NCBI RefSeq assembly: GCF_000737315.1
Contig: NZ_JMCB01000005.1
Span: 186,001-250,000, forward strand
DNA: 64,000 nucleotides
Reading direction: 5' to 3'
From: Hyalangium minutum
GTDB taxonomy: Bacteria > Myxococcota > Myxococcia > Myxococcales > Myxococcaceae
The number at the start of each line of letters is the position of its first letter. The stretch's first letter is position 1. The translations under genes and the position numbers were made by a program. The notes beneath the pieces were generated by a model. The model did no database searches and had not been told where the DNA came from. It was given only the letters and a program-made list of their open reading frames with translations. Below, one piece after another: positions 9,320 to 20,636 of the stretch.

Positions 9320-9904
9320 CTACTTGAGGACGACGGACTTCAGCTCCTGGTCCTTGTCGCGCATCGCCTTGAGCAGCGCGTCCCAGCCACCCTCCTTGAG
9401 GAGCGGGCGGACCTGATCATCGCGGATGCCGGTGAGCATGGAGTCTCCGAGCACCGCCACGTCGACCACCTTCCAGCCGGCCTTGTCCTTGGCCAGGGCG
9501 TACTTGAGCTTGAGCTCCTGCTTCTTCATCGGGTGGTCGATGACGACGGTGGAGGCGACCTTCGCCTCTTCGCCCGTTACTTCAGGGTCCTCGTAGGTGA
9601 TGGAGGCCAGGTTCTTGAAGTTGTCGCGGACCTTGGGGAAGGCAATCTTCGCGAAGAGGTTGTGGAAGAGCTGGATGAACTCCTTGCGCTGGGCCTCGGA
9701 GGCCTTCTCCCACTCCTCGCCGACGAGGAACTTGGCCTGCTGCTCACCGCCAAAGTTCTTGAGGGCGGCCAGGTCCTTGCCATAGCGCACGGACTGGACG
9801 ACGGTCTTCACGGGCTTGGAGACCGCCTCGTTCGGCGCGGCGAAAGCCGGCAGGGCGAGCACGAGGGCGGCCAGAAGGGGGACGCAGCGGAGGCGAGCGT
9901 TCAT
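9320..9904 (-). CDS. MlaC/Ttg2D-like periplasmic lipid-binding protein
   Basis: Signal MNARLRCVPLLAALVLALPAFA; EFIQLF..LF, WKVVDVAVLGDSML; start trimmed to ATG 9904. Confidence 0.8.
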   Translation of the reverse strand: MNARLRCVPLLAALVLALPAFAAPNEAVSKPVKTVVQSVRYGKDLAALKNFGGEQQAKFLVGEEWEKASEAQRKEFIQLFHNLFAKIAFPKVRDNFKNLASITYEDPEVTGEEAKVASTVVIDHPMKKQELKLKYALAKDKAGWKVVDVAVLGDSMLTGIRDDQVRPLLKEGGWDALLKAMRDKDQELKSVVLK

Positions 9905-10128
9905 ACGGATCCTTGTTCCTGTCGAAAGGAAGCGAGGGCTTCCTGTAGCCCAGGGGAACGTCTGGCGCTCTGGAAAATTCACTCAGCGTTCCGGGCCCCT
10001 TGCCTGCCGGGCAGGACACAGAAAATCGAATTCGAGGGCTGCTCACGGGGTTTGACTGGGGAAGGACCCCACGTCTAGTGTCCGGTGACGCGGGACTTCG
10101 CGCCTGCCTCAAAATCTCCCGAGAAGAC

Positions 10129-12709
<2,581 letters not shown>

Positions 12710-12723
12710 GCCGCGGAAGAGAG

Positions 12724-12879
12724 AGGGGAAAGGTTGCTGCCCGAGTGGTGAAGCCACTTTTGGTTGGCTGACCAATTCAGGTCTGGAGCGGAGTTGAACC
12801 GCGTCGCTTATGAGGCGATTACCAGGAGCGTGTGGGGCCTCACCGGCCAGGCAGCTGAGGGGAAGGACGAAATTCCCCT
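12724..12879 (-). ncRNA. Candidate structured non-coding RNA with tRNA-like module
   Basis: Long-range stems gctgcctgg/tcgggcagc and ggtgaggcc/ggcttcacc (G-U pairs favour the minus strand) enclosing hairpins with CTCATAA and TTCAACT loops. Confidence 0.45.
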
Positions 12880-12901
12880 TAAAATCCTGACAGCGCTCCT
12901 G

Positions 12902-13372
12902 TCACTCCGGGAAGGTCGCCAGCGTGAGGGCCTCGGGCGGGCCCTTCAGCTCGCGAGGAAGCTTCAGCACCCCGGAGTGGTAGCGCCAGCCCGTCCCGTC
13001 GTGGCGGAAGTCCGAGCGCTCCACGAACGAGCGGTCCTTTCCCTTCTCGAACACCTTGGCGAAGAAGAGCACCTGCGCCACGCCCTGCTCGTCCGGTGGC
13101 CGGCGGTCCATGACCACCAGCCCTGGGAACTGGTGGGTCTGCAGGTAGGTGCGCAGCTCACGTGACGCCTCGGCCTCCGGCCGTTTCCGGTCCGGGTGAT
13201 CCGGGTGCAGGGACTTCCAGAGCCAGGCTACCTCGCGCATCGCAAAGGCGCTGTAGCGGGAGCGCATGAGCGCCTCGGCGTCGGGAGGCTCGGCCTGGCC
13301 ACGGTGGTAGGGCGCGCAGCACTGGCTGTAGCGAAGGCCAGACGAACAGGGGCAGGGTGGGGCAGGGGGCAT
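12902..13372 (-). CDS. ychJ: YchJ family SEC-C motif protein
   Basis: CPCSSG..YSQCC, EALMRSRYSAF, FVERSDF..W.Y. Confidence 0.92.
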   Translation of the reverse strand: MPPAPPCPCSSGLRYSQCCAPYHRGQAEPPDAEALMRSRYSAFAMREVAWLWKSLHPDHPDRKRPEAEASRELRTYLQTHQFPGLVVMDRRPPDEQGVAQVLFFAKVFEKGKDRSFVERSDFRHDGTGWRYHSGVLKLPRELKGPPEALTLATFPE

Positions 13373-13503
13373 ACCGGTCGCCTCAGAGCCTACCCTCAGG
13401 CGGGCCTTGCCTACCTCCCGACGTATTCACCGGTGGACAGCGCACCGGGAGGTCATGGCCCTTGCGGGCCAGGGGTGGAAGGCTTACATCCGGTCCTCTC
13501 CTT

Positions 13504-14400
13504 ATGAGTCTCATCGAAGCCATCGTCCTCGGGCTGGTCCAGGGGCTCACTGAGTTCCTTCCCATCAGCTCCACCGCGCACCTGCGCATCGTCCCGGAGC
13601 TGCTCGGCTGGAAGGATCCCGGTGCGGCCTACTCTGCCGTCATCCAGCTGGGCACGGTGGCCGCCGTGCTCATCTACTTCCGCGGCGACCTGGTGAAGCT
13701 CACCGTCGCCTTCTTCCAGGGGCTCGCGCGCCGCCAGCCGTTCGCCACCCTGGAGTCCCGCCTGGCGTGGTTCGTGCTCGTGGGCACCCTGCCCATCGGC
13801 ATCTGCGGGCTCGCGTTCAAGAAGCACATCGAGAGCTCCCTGCGCTCGCTCTACATCATCTCCACCAGCCTCATCGTCCTGGCCATCATCCTCTTCATCG
13901 TGGAGCGCGTGGCCTCGCACCAGCGGACCGTGGCTGACATGCGCTGGAAGGATGCCATCATCATCGGCGCGTGGCAGTCCGTGGCGCTCATCCCGGGCTC
14001 GTCGCGCTCGGGCACCACGCTCACGGGAGCGCTGTCGCTCGGGCTGCGGCGCGAGGATGCCGCCCGGTACTCCTTCTTGCTCTCCATTCCCGCCACGACG
14101 CTCGCGGGCGTCTTCGAGCTCAAGCATCTGCTGGAGGCGGAGACCCGGCCGTCCACCGTGGCTCTGGCCACGGGGACCCTCGTCGCGTTCGCCTCGGGCT
14201 GGGCCGCCATCGCGTGGCTGCTGCGCTACCTGCGCACGCGCTCGACGATGATCTTCGTCGTGTACCGCGTGGCGCTCGGGCTGGTGCTGATCGGCCTGCT
14301 CCAGGCCGGCGTGCTCAAGCCGCTCTCGGGCGTGGAGAACGTCGCAACGAATCCGTCGGAGCCTACGAAGCCCCCCGTGGAAAAGCAGGTCACCGACTGA
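13504..14400 (+). CDS. uppP: Undecaprenyl-diphosphate phosphatase (BacA)
   Basis: QGLTEFLPISSTAHL, PGSSRSGTT; start trimmed to ATG 13504. Confidence 0.95.
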   Translation: MSLIEAIVLGLVQGLTEFLPISSTAHLRIVPELLGWKDPGAAYSAVIQLGTVAAVLIYFRGDLVKLTVAFFQGLARRQPFATLESRLAWFVLVGTLPIGICGLAFKKHIESSLRSLYIISTSLIVLAIILFIVERVASHQRTVADMRWKDAIIIGAWQSVALIPGSSRSGTTLTGALSLGLRREDAARYSFLLSIPATTLAGVFELKHLLEAETRPSTVALATGTLVAFASGWAAIAWLLRYLRTRSTMIFVVYRVALGLVLIGLLQAGVLKPLSGVENVATNPSEPTKPPVEKQVTD

Positions 14401-14401
14401 C

Positions 14402-15016
14402 GTGGACGCTCTCTTCGACAGACTGGAGGCGCAGCTCGCCTCCCACCCGCCCCGGCCCCTGAACCTGCCGGGATTGGTGCTGCGCGAGTCCGCGGTGCTC
14501 GTCCCGCTGTTCGAGCGCGACGGCGTGCCTCATGTCCTCTTCACGCGCCGTCCCGCTCACCTGCGCAACCACGCCAACCAGTTCTCCTTCCCCGGTGGAG
14601 GCCGCGACGCGGAGGACCTCACGCCTCTGCACACCGCACTCCGCGAGACCGAGGAGGAGCTCGGCATCGACCGCAACCGGGTGCGGGTGATCGGGATGCT
14701 GGATGAGCTTCCCACCGTCACCTCGTTCCGCATCCAGCCGTTCGTGGGCATCATCCCCAGCGACGGGCAGTACCGACCCAACGCCGATGAGGTGGCGTTC
14801 ATCCTCGAGGTGCCTCTGGCGGGGTTGATGGACCCGTCCATTCGCCGCACCGAGCAGCGCACATGGGAGGGTGTGGAGTACGACGTGTACTTCTACACGT
14901 ACGACTCGCACGTCATCTGGGGCGCCACGGCGCGCATCCTCTACAACCTGCTGGAGCACATCGCGCAGATGCCCTCGGGCAGCGCCACGCCCCTGGCGGG
15001 CAGCGGTACCGGGTGA
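14402..15016 (+). CDS. Nudix CoA pyrophosphatase (NudL-like)
   Basis: TRRPAHLRNHANQFSFPGG followed by Nudix box ALRETEEELG. Confidence 0.9.
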   Translation: MDALFDRLEAQLASHPPRPLNLPGLVLRESAVLVPLFERDGVPHVLFTRRPAHLRNHANQFSFPGGGRDAEDLTPLHTALRETEEELGIDRNRVRVIGMLDELPTVTSFRIQPFVGIIPSDGQYRPNADEVAFILEVPLAGLMDPSIRRTEQRTWEGVEYDVYFYTYDSHVIWGATARILYNLLEHIAQMPSGSATPLAGSGTG

Positions 15017-15029
15017 GGGCGCCCGCGCC

Positions 15030-16454
15030 TCAGAACTGCAGGTAGACGTACGGCCGGGCCTCGACCGAGGCCAGGTGGCGGATGCCCAAGCCGATTCCCA
15101 CCAGCACCACCGCGCGCACCGGAACGGGCAGACGTACGAAGAGCGTCCCCCCGAGCTCGTAGAGCTTCATCGGCAGCGCGTGGCTTACCACCGCAACGGC
15201 GAGCATGATCCACACCAGCATGCTCACGTTGGCCAGCCCCGGGATGAACAAGAGCATGCGCTCGTAGAACTCGGCCGCGTGCGTCATGTCCGGTGCCCGG
15301 AACACCACGCGCGTCAGCACCACCAGCGTGAACGTGAAGAGCATCCCCACGCCCGCGCGGAGCCAGCTCACCGACTCCTTCTCCGGCCGTCCGCCTCGGA
15401 TCCACCACCACGTGCGGGTGATGCACAGGCCCACGCCGTGCACGGCACCCCACACCGCAAAGCGCCAGTCCGCCCCGTGCCACAGGCCGCCCAGCACCAT
15501 CACCGTCATCAGGTTGAACAGCACCCGTGGCTTCGAGGCCCGGTTGCCGCCCAGCGGAATGTAGAGGTAGTCCCGCAGCCAGCTCGACAGGCTCATGTGC
15601 CAGCGGTTCCAGAACTCGAAGAGGTTCTTCGCCAGGTACGGCCGCGCGAAGTTCTCTGGGAACTCGAAGCCCAGCAGTGCCGCCGCGCCAATCGCGATGT
15701 CCGAGTACCCCGAGAAGTCGAAGTACAGCTCGAACGTGTAGGCCACTGCCGCCATCGCGCACTCGGCCGAGGTGTACGCCGCGGGGTCTCCGAAGACCGG
15801 GTCTACCAGCCCGCTCCCCAGCACGTCCGCGATCACCATCTTCTTCACCAGGCCCACCGCGATCCGGTACATCGCCCGGCCGCCCTGCTCGGTCGTCAGC
15901 GTGGGCACGTCGTTGAAGCGATCCAGCAGCGCCGAGGCCCTCACGATGGGCCCCGAGACGACGCGCGGGAAGAAGAGCAGGTAGAGCAGGTGCTCCAGGT
16001 AGCTGTGCTCCGCGCTCGCCTTGCCGCGGTACACGTCCACCACGTAGCTGATCGCCTGGAAGCACAGGAACGACAGACCGATGGGCAGGATCAGCCCGAA
16101 GGGCTCCTGGCGCACCTCGATGCCCCAGGGCGCCAGCAGCGACCGCGCCGTCTCGCGGAACAGCTCCGCGTACTTGAACGTGGCCAGCATGCCCAGGTTC
16201 GACACCACCGACGCCGTCACCAGCAGCTTGCGCAGCCGGGAAGACTGCGTCCGCGCCAGTCCCCGGACAATGAGGTGGTCCACCGCCGCGCCCCAGAAGA
16301 AGACCAGGACCGGCAGCGGTGTCCACACCGTATAGAAGTAGAGGCTCGAGACGAGCAGCACGCCCAGGCGCGCCACTCGGTGGCGGTGCACCGCCCAGTA
16401 CAGCGCGAAGACCAGGGCCAGGAAGGCCAGATAGGAGATGCTGGTGGACGGCAT
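15030..16454 (-). CDS. MBOAT O-acyltransferase (AlgI/PatA-like)
   Basis: LPIGLSF..FQAISY, YFDFSGYSDIAIG, FWNRWHMSLS.WLRDYLYIPLGGNR, GLWHGA. Confidence 0.95.
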   Translation of the reverse strand: MPSTSISYLAFLALVFALYWAVHRHRVARLGVLLVSSLYFYTVWTPLPVLVFFWGAAVDHLIVRGLARTQSSRLRKLLVTASVVSNLGMLATFKYAELFRETARSLLAPWGIEVRQEPFGLILPIGLSFLCFQAISYVVDVYRGKASAEHSYLEHLLYLLFFPRVVSGPIVRASALLDRFNDVPTLTTEQGGRAMYRIAVGLVKKMVIADVLGSGLVDPVFGDPAAYTSAECAMAAVAYTFELYFDFSGYSDIAIGAAALLGFEFPENFARPYLAKNLFEFWNRWHMSLSSWLRDYLYIPLGGNRASKPRVLFNLMTVMVLGGLWHGADWRFAVWGAVHGVGLCITRTWWWIRGGRPEKESVSWLRAGVGMLFTFTLVVLTRVVFRAPDMTHAAEFYERMLLFIPGLANVSMLVWIMLAVAVVSHALPMKLYELGGTLFVRLPVPVRAVVLVGIGLGIRHLASVEARPYVYLQF

Positions 16455-16455
16455 G

Positions 16456-19401
16456 TCAGCCTCCCTCCGCGTTTCGCGCGACCGGCGCTGGCATCGAAGG
16501 GGCCGCGGAGGCGCGGGCCTGAGGCATCGGCGCGGACTCCGTCTCAGGGTGGAGTAGCTGCATCGGAGCCTGGCCCTGCGTCGGACCGGGGGCGGGAGGC
16601 GTAGGGCCGGTCTCCGGAGCGCCCTGCTTCGGCGTGGGCGCCTGGGTTGGCACCTGGCCCGGATCCGGCGCCTGCACCTGCTCGCGGGGCGCCAATTTGT
16701 AGGCCTCGTAGGCGGAGAGCAGGTCCTTCATGAAGGAGGCGGCCAGTTGCTCGTAGCCAGGCTGTGTCAGGTGCGTGCCGTCCTCGTGGCCCAGGGCCGG
16801 CTCAGCGCGCTGCCAGCGCAGCATGGAGCGCTCACCGCCCATCGCCGCCCGGGCGGACCAGTAGGCACAGCCCGCCTCGTGGGCCACCGCCGGGAGCGTG
16901 GTGAGCACCCGTCCCAGCGCGCTCGCCTCCGTCCAGCGCCCATTCGCGTCCTGCATCAGCCGGTCCGTTGGGCCGATGAGCAGGCACTCCGCGCCCGTGG
17001 AGGCGCGCAGCCGTGAGAGCAGGGCCACGTACTCTTTGTGCCATGCCTCCGGGTCGAGATCGGGCAGGCCCGCCTCGTTGGTTCCGTACCAGAGCACGAG
17101 CAACTGCGGCTTGCGCGACGTGAGCTGCTTCTCCAGCGCCGCTGGCTCTTCGCGGCTGAGCGTGAACGCCGTACTGCCAGGAAGGCCGGCGGAGTCGAAG
17201 GTGACGCCGGGCTGCTCGAAGTCCAGAGCTGCGCCGAGCACCGTGATGGGACCTCCTCCTGCGTTCGTGACTTCAATCGAGTGCGCCGGGCCCGTGACAG
17301 GGAAGTGGCGGATGCGCACCGTGGCGGCAGTGACAGCCTCGGGCGGTGGCTCCTCGGCGGGGACTGCCTCGCCGTCGACCTTCACCTCCAGCTTCCCGGC
17401 TCCCGGCGCGTCCAGCCAGTACAGGGACAGCTGCGCCTTGGGCACCTTCGCGTCCTGGCAACCCTCGCAGAACGTCATGCGCAGCGAGGCCCCAGGCGCT
17501 CCCACCGCTCGGATGCCCGTGAGTCCCCAAGCCTCGCCAGGCTGGGCCTCGGGCTGCATCGCGTCCAGCACCTGCCACTCGCCCGTCAGCTCGCGCGACA
17601 CTTGCGCCGCCGCCAGCCGCTGGGAGGACTTGCCCGCCGCGATGAAGCCTCGCCCGCCGTCTCCGAACTTCTTGGTGAAGGTGCCACGGGCCGCGTCCGT
17701 GAAGAAGTGCGCCGCCGTGTGAGACGCGCCCAGCTGGACGATGCCCAGCCGCTCCGTGCTCTTCTTCTCCTCCAGCGCCCGCAGCCTCGCGAAGGTGCCC
17801 TTCAGCGCGGTGCTGCCCTCGATGAGCCCCGGCGGATCGTCCACCATGAGCAGCGGCTCGTGCTCCTTGGCATACGCACGCTGGAGCGCGAAGTCGAACA
17901 GGTGGCCCAGCAGGTCCGAGCCCCGGGCCCTCGGGTGCACCAGGTCCTCATTGAGCAGTCCCGTCGAAAGCCACTGGATCGAAGCGCCCTCGCCACCCAT
18001 CGCCGTCAGCGCGTCCCAGAAGGCACAGCCGCCCTCGCGCGCCACCTCGCGGAAGATGTCTCCCACTTCCTTCGAGCCCCGGCGCGGCACGAGCTCGCCA
18101 CCCATCGTTCGCACCGCCGCGTCGATCGGTGCCATCAACAGGCACGCCGCCTCCGGCACCGACTCGCGCACCTGCTTCACCAGCTCCGTCGCCTGGCTGC
18201 GGATCTCCTCGGGGGTGATGCGGTTGCGCGAGATGTAGAAGGCCTCGTTGCCGCCCACCATCAGCACCACCAGCGACGGCTTGCGGTGGCGCAGCTGCGA
18301 CCGGAAGGCGCCCTTCTGCGCTCGGAGGAAGACCTCCGCCGTCGCGCCCGGCAGGCCGATGGTGTCGTACACCACGCCCGGCTTGCCCGTCTCCAGCGAG
18401 ACACCGTGCAGCTCCACCTTCCCATACGTCTGCAGCGAGAGCGTCTTCGTGCCCTCGGGCAGCGCGAAGCGCGAGAACGCCACGCCCGGTAGCTCGAAGC
18501 GCGTCTGCAGGCGCTGCAGCGGCTTGCCGTCCGCGCTGAACTGCACCGAGCCGCCATCCGGCTTCGTCTGGAAGAACAGCTCCGCGAAGCGCGCGCCCTC
18601 GGCCGGGAAGCGCACGCTCGGATTGCCCGTGCCCGCAGACGCGAACGCCACGCCCGTGTAGCCCAGCTTGTCCTTGGGATAGTTCCGGTCGATGAGCCGG
18701 CTGATCTGCCAGCCCTCGCTCGCCGTGCCCGTGCGCACCGAGCGCCCCGCGCCCGTGGGCCGGTCCACCCAGAGGAACCCCTTGCCGCCCGAGCCGTGGC
18801 GCTCCTGCAGCCGCGCCCGGATCATGTCCGTGATGTGGTCCGAGGCAATCAGCGAGTCGCCCAGGTGCACCACCCTCACGGGTTGCTTCCGCCGGTCCTC
18901 GCGCAGCTCGTTCAAGGCCGTGAAGAACGGGGCCAGTCCGCTCTCCTCGCACCCGTTGGCCCCCATGCGCCGGCAGCCCAGCTCGATGTCCACGTGCTGC
19001 GAGCCCATCTTCTCGCGCAGCGTCTCCAGCGACAGCGCCCGGGCCCGCGTGAGCGTGGTCAGCCCCTCCAGGTCCGACGGCGGCGCCGTGGCCGCGGTGG
19101 GGGACTCCTCCTCAACGGTGGGCGTCTCCTCCTCGGGAACCGCGGGCTCCTCGGAAGGCGGCTGGGTGGGTACTCCCGCCAGCGCATCATCCTTGATAGG
19201 ACCTGACGAGCCCTTTCCCATCAGGGACTTGGGCAGCAACAGCTCCGCCAACCGTGGCGCCAGCGGTGCGTCCTTGCGCAAGGTAGGGATGGGACGAAAG
19301 GCCTCCGGCAGCGGCGCGAGGGAGAGTCCGAGCGCGAGCGCCGCCGTGAGGACGATTGTCCATCCCGTGGTTTTGGCCTTGGGGTCCAACTTGCCGAGCA
19401 T
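16456..19401 (-). CDS. Membrane-anchored protein with two SGNH/GDSL domains (PatB/AlgJ/AlgX-like)
   Basis: Domain 1 GDSL/GGNE/DLVH; domain 2 GASH/GTNE/DGTH; Pro-rich linkers; 1 bp from MBOAT gene. Confidence 0.85.
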   Translation of the reverse strand: MLGKLDPKAKTTGWTIVLTAALALGLSLAPLPEAFRPIPTLRKDAPLAPRLAELLLPKSLMGKGSSGPIKDDALAGVPTQPPSEEPAVPEEETPTVEEESPTAATAPPSDLEGLTTLTRARALSLETLREKMGSQHVDIELGCRRMGANGCEESGLAPFFTALNELREDRRKQPVRVVHLGDSLIASDHITDMIRARLQERHGSGGKGFLWVDRPTGAGRSVRTGTASEGWQISRLIDRNYPKDKLGYTGVAFASAGTGNPSVRFPAEGARFAELFFQTKPDGGSVQFSADGKPLQRLQTRFELPGVAFSRFALPEGTKTLSLQTYGKVELHGVSLETGKPGVVYDTIGLPGATAEVFLRAQKGAFRSQLRHRKPSLVVLMVGGNEAFYISRNRITPEEIRSQATELVKQVRESVPEAACLLMAPIDAAVRTMGGELVPRRGSKEVGDIFREVAREGGCAFWDALTAMGGEGASIQWLSTGLLNEDLVHPRARGSDLLGHLFDFALQRAYAKEHEPLLMVDDPPGLIEGSTALKGTFARLRALEEKKSTERLGIVQLGASHTAAHFFTDAARGTFTKKFGDGGRGFIAAGKSSQRLAAAQVSRELTGEWQVLDAMQPEAQPGEAWGLTGIRAVGAPGASLRMTFCEGCQDAKVPKAQLSLYWLDAPGAGKLEVKVDGEAVPAEEPPPEAVTAATVRIRHFPVTGPAHSIEVTNAGGGPITVLGAALDFEQPGVTFDSAGLPGSTAFTLSREEPAALEKQLTSRKPQLLVLWYGTNEAGLPDLDPEAWHKEYVALLSRLRASTGAECLLIGPTDRLMQDANGRWTEASALGRVLTTLPAVAHEAGCAYWSARAAMGGERSMLRWQRAEPALGHEDGTHLTQPGYEQLAASFMKDLLSAYEAYKLAPREQVQAPDPGQVPTQAPTPKQGAPETGPTPPAPGPTQGQAPMQLLHPETESAPMPQARASAAPSMPAPVARNAEGG

Positions 19402-19508
19402 GAGACTGGCTTTTTAGGGCCGGGTCAAAACTCTGATCACGGGTGTCCCGGTTGGGGGGCAGACAGGCACACAGGCGGTGAAGCTGCCGCCCGCATCTCC
19501 AAGAGGCT

Positions 19509-20588
19509 ATGGTGCGCCGCCTCATGGCTCTCTACCCCGTCATCATGGCCGGCGGCTCTGGCACCCGGTTCTGGCCCCTGTCCCGCCAAGCCCGTCCCAA
19601 GCAGTTCCTTCCTTTGGCCTCGAAGTATCCCCTGATCACCGACACGGCGGCCCGCCTCAAGGGGTTGGCCTCGATGAAGAACCTCTTCATCGTCTGCGGC
19701 CCCCTCCATGCCAAGGCCGCCTCCAAGCTCGTGAAAGGCCTGCCGAAGCAGAACCTCCTGGTAGAGCCGGTGGCCCGCAACACCGCCCCGGCCATCGCGC
19801 TCGCCACGGTGCAGGTGGCCGCCCGGGACCCGAAGGGAATCCTCATCGTCCTGCCATCGGACCACCACGTGGCCAACCCGGAGGGGTTCCGGCAGACGCT
19901 CGCGGAGGCTGCCCGGGTCGCCGAGGCCGGCCACATCGTCACCCTGGGCATCAAGCCCCACCGCCCCGAGACGGGCTACGGCTACATCCAGCTCGGCGAG
20001 CCCCTGGAGGGCGGCGGCCGCAAGGTGAAGGCCTTCAAGGAGAAGCCGGACCTGGAGACGGCCCGGGGCTACGTGGACTCCGGTGAGTTTCTCTGGAATG
20101 GCGGCATCTTCGTCTTCCGCGCGGACGTGATGCTGGAGGCCTTCGCCAAGCACATGCCCGAGATGAAGAAGGGCCTGGAGGCCCTGCGGGCGGCGGCGGG
20201 CAAGCGCACCTTCTCCTCGGTGCTCAAGCGCGTCTTCCCGAAGCTGCCCTCCATCTCCATCGACTACGGCGTCATGGAGAAGGCCGAGAACATCGCCGTG
20301 CTGCCCGGGGACTTCGGCTGGTCGGACGTGGGCTCCTTCTCCGCCATCCCCGAGGTGCGCCCCGCGGACGCGCGCGGCAACGTCATCTCTGGCCCCGAGT
20401 CCATCGTCGTGGACTGCGATGGGTGCGTGGTCCTCGGGGACAAGCGCCCGCTGGCCGTGGTGGGCATGAAGGATGTGGTGGTGGTGGACGCGGGTGATGC
20501 GGTGCTCGTGGTCCCCAAGGACAAGAGCCAGGACGTGCGCAAGGTCGTCGAGGCCCTCAAGGCGGGCAAGCGCCAGAAGTTCCTGTAG
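19509..20588 (+). CDS. manC: Mannose-1-phosphate guanylyltransferase (no PMI domain)
   Basis: AGGSGTRFWPLSR..RPKQFL, EPVARNTAPAI, PSDH, WSDVGS; alternative start ATG 19524. Confidence 0.95.
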   Translation: MVRRLMALYPVIMAGGSGTRFWPLSRQARPKQFLPLASKYPLITDTAARLKGLASMKNLFIVCGPLHAKAASKLVKGLPKQNLLVEPVARNTAPAIALATVQVAARDPKGILIVLPSDHHVANPEGFRQTLAEAARVAEAGHIVTLGIKPHRPETGYGYIQLGEPLEGGGRKVKAFKEKPDLETARGYVDSGEFLWNGGIFVFRADVMLEAFAKHMPEMKKGLEALRAAAGKRTFSSVLKRVFPKLPSISIDYGVMEKAENIAVLPGDFGWSDVGSFSAIPEVRPADARGNVISGPESIVVDCDGCVVLGDKRPLAVVGMKDVVVVDAGDAVLVVPKDKSQDVRKVVEALKAGKRQKFL

Positions 20589-20636
20589 GCGCTTGCCCGA
20601 AGCTCGTCGTCCGGCGCTCCCGGTCCGGAGCGCGGC

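Noticed and set aside
9905-10128. SAM riboswitch upstream of metK
   Set aside because: No SAM-I/II/SAM-SAH core motifs recognised by eye; a covariance search would be needed to exclude it fully
12783-12826. Canonical tRNA-Met gene
   Set aside because: No D-arm, only a 4-bp acceptor-like stem and no variable loop; kept only as a tRNA-like module in findings
12855-12879. Hammerhead ribozyme (ctgagg...ggacgaaa)
   Set aside because: Core reads CUGAGGG rather than CUGANGA, and there is no stem II partner for ggac
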